16,741 nucleotides of DNA from Promethearchaeota archaeon (lineage in GTDB: Archaea > Asgardarchaeota > Lokiarchaeia > Sigyniarchaeales > SOKP01), in NCBI GenBank assembly GCA_048938445.1, contig JBHLME010000098.1:1-16741 (forward strand). The letters are read 5' to 3'. Shown piece after piece: positions 15,822 through 16,741 of the stretch (within the stretch, counting starts at the first letter, position 1; each line of letters begins with the position of its first letter). The position numbers and the translations under genes are program-made. The notes under the pieces are model-generated. The model worked only from the letters and a program-made list of their open reading frames with translations. It was not told the origin of the DNA and made no database searches.

Positions 15822-16741
15822 TTAAATAACCCAATAATATGGTACTTCTACTCCGTATTCACTTGTAGAAGAACAAATTTTATTTAAATATTCCATATTA
15901 AAGTATTGCTCCATCTCATCTTCAGTTAATCTTCTATATGTTTCAAATCCTATCATTGAAAGATAATTATCATCTAATATTATAAAAAAATCCATATCAT
16001 AATAATCTTTTAAAGCTTGCAGTTGATTTACACCATTAGCATCAAAATGATTATCAGGATCAAAAAAGTCATTTACTATATCCAAGAAATAGTGAATTCG
16101 ATATCCATTAAATGGTATATCAGTTTCATTAAAAGGATAATCATAAAACATAAAAACATATGACATACCAAATTCCGCAAATATAATGTTTTTGTCAGTC
16201 ATATAATTTGAACTCCATTGAATCGAATATACTTCACGTCTCATTAAACTATATTCAATATCATCAATGTTAACTAACTCATCATAAAAATGTGAGAAAA
16301 TTGAGAAAGAAATGAGCAATATTATAAATAATTTCATTTTTAAAGTGTTAATCTCTTTGGTTTTTATTAATTTATATAAATAAGCAAGAAATCCAATAAC
16401 AGCTACGGTCGCAGGTAAAAGAAGTATACGACCCGACCAATACTGGTGAGATATAAAGAGATCAACAATGTAAGCAGCTAACCAAATAAAAGGGATAATT
16501 AAAAACCATAAGGCTAAAATTTTGCCTCTTGGTGTTTTTTGATACAAAAACAGACCCCAAATACCAAAAATATATAATAAAAATACATCTAATCCTATTA
16601 AAACTCTTGAAGAGTTGAGATCTAAAATTATATCATTTATGAAGAAAAATATTATCAAAAATAATACTATTAAACCAATACTAAGAGGGATGACCACTTT
16701 ATCTTCAATTTTTTTATAATATTTTTTTTTTTTACCAAATA
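15822..16741 (-). CDS. C-terminal part of a polytopic membrane protein (5' end outside window), possibly GT-C-like
   Basis: About five hydrophobic segments followed by a soluble acidic/aromatic domain. The frame is open upstream of GTG 16697 to the window edge (FGKKKKYYKKIEDKV...), so the track start is probably not the true start. Function is speculative. Confidence 0.7.
   Translation of the reverse strand, partial: FGKKKKYYKKIEDKVVIPLSIGLIVLFLIIFFFINDIILDLNSSRVLIGLDVFLLYIFGIWGLFLYQKTPRGKILALWFLIIPFIWLAAYIVDLFISHQYWSGRILLLPATVAVIGFLAYLYKLIKTKEINTLKMKLFIILLISFSIFSHFYDELVNIDDIEYSLMRREVYSIQWSSNYMTDKNIIFAEFGMSYVFMFYDYPFNETDIPFNGYRIHYFLDIVNDFFDPDNHFDANGVNQLQALKDYYDMDFFIILDDNYLSMIGFETYRRLTEDEMEQYFNMEYLNKICSSTSEYGVEVPYYWVI

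Noticed and set aside
1-16741. Interpretation as a bacterial E1-E2 antiphage system (CBASS Cap2, Bil or Bub type), CRISPR array or mobile element
   Set aside because: No CD-NTase, JAB, Ubl, effector, transposase, integrase or spaced repeats were seen. E1 and E2 are on opposite strands among archaeal housekeeping genes.

Overview
AT-rich (roughly 25-30% GC by eye) archaeal-style window. Gene content points to an Asgard archaeon, probably Lokiarchaeia; this is an inference from the eukaryotic-signature proteins present. Housekeeping genes are a HAD hydrolase, aspartate kinase, DUF359 dephospho-CoA kinase, PHP hydrolase, UPF0280 protein and NDP-sugar epimerase, plus a membrane protein cut by the window edge. 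Between them lie: a ubiquitin-conjugating E2 with a Cdc34/Ubc7-length loop insertion; a UBA3/UBA2-like E1 with catalytic Cys, Zn site, probable ubiquitin-fold domain and an unusual ~80-aa helical insertion; a ~1180-aa protein of ten MIT/TPR-like modules on long charged helices; a Rab-like GTPase; and a roadblock gene followed by a longin-Arf-like GTPase fusion. The ORF track truncates that fusion: its frame is open 153 codons further upstream and appears to start at a non-canonical ATT behind a strong Shine-Dalgarno site. I recognised no rRNA, tRNA, CRISPR array or mobile element, and no ubiquitin, E3 or JAMM gene in the window.
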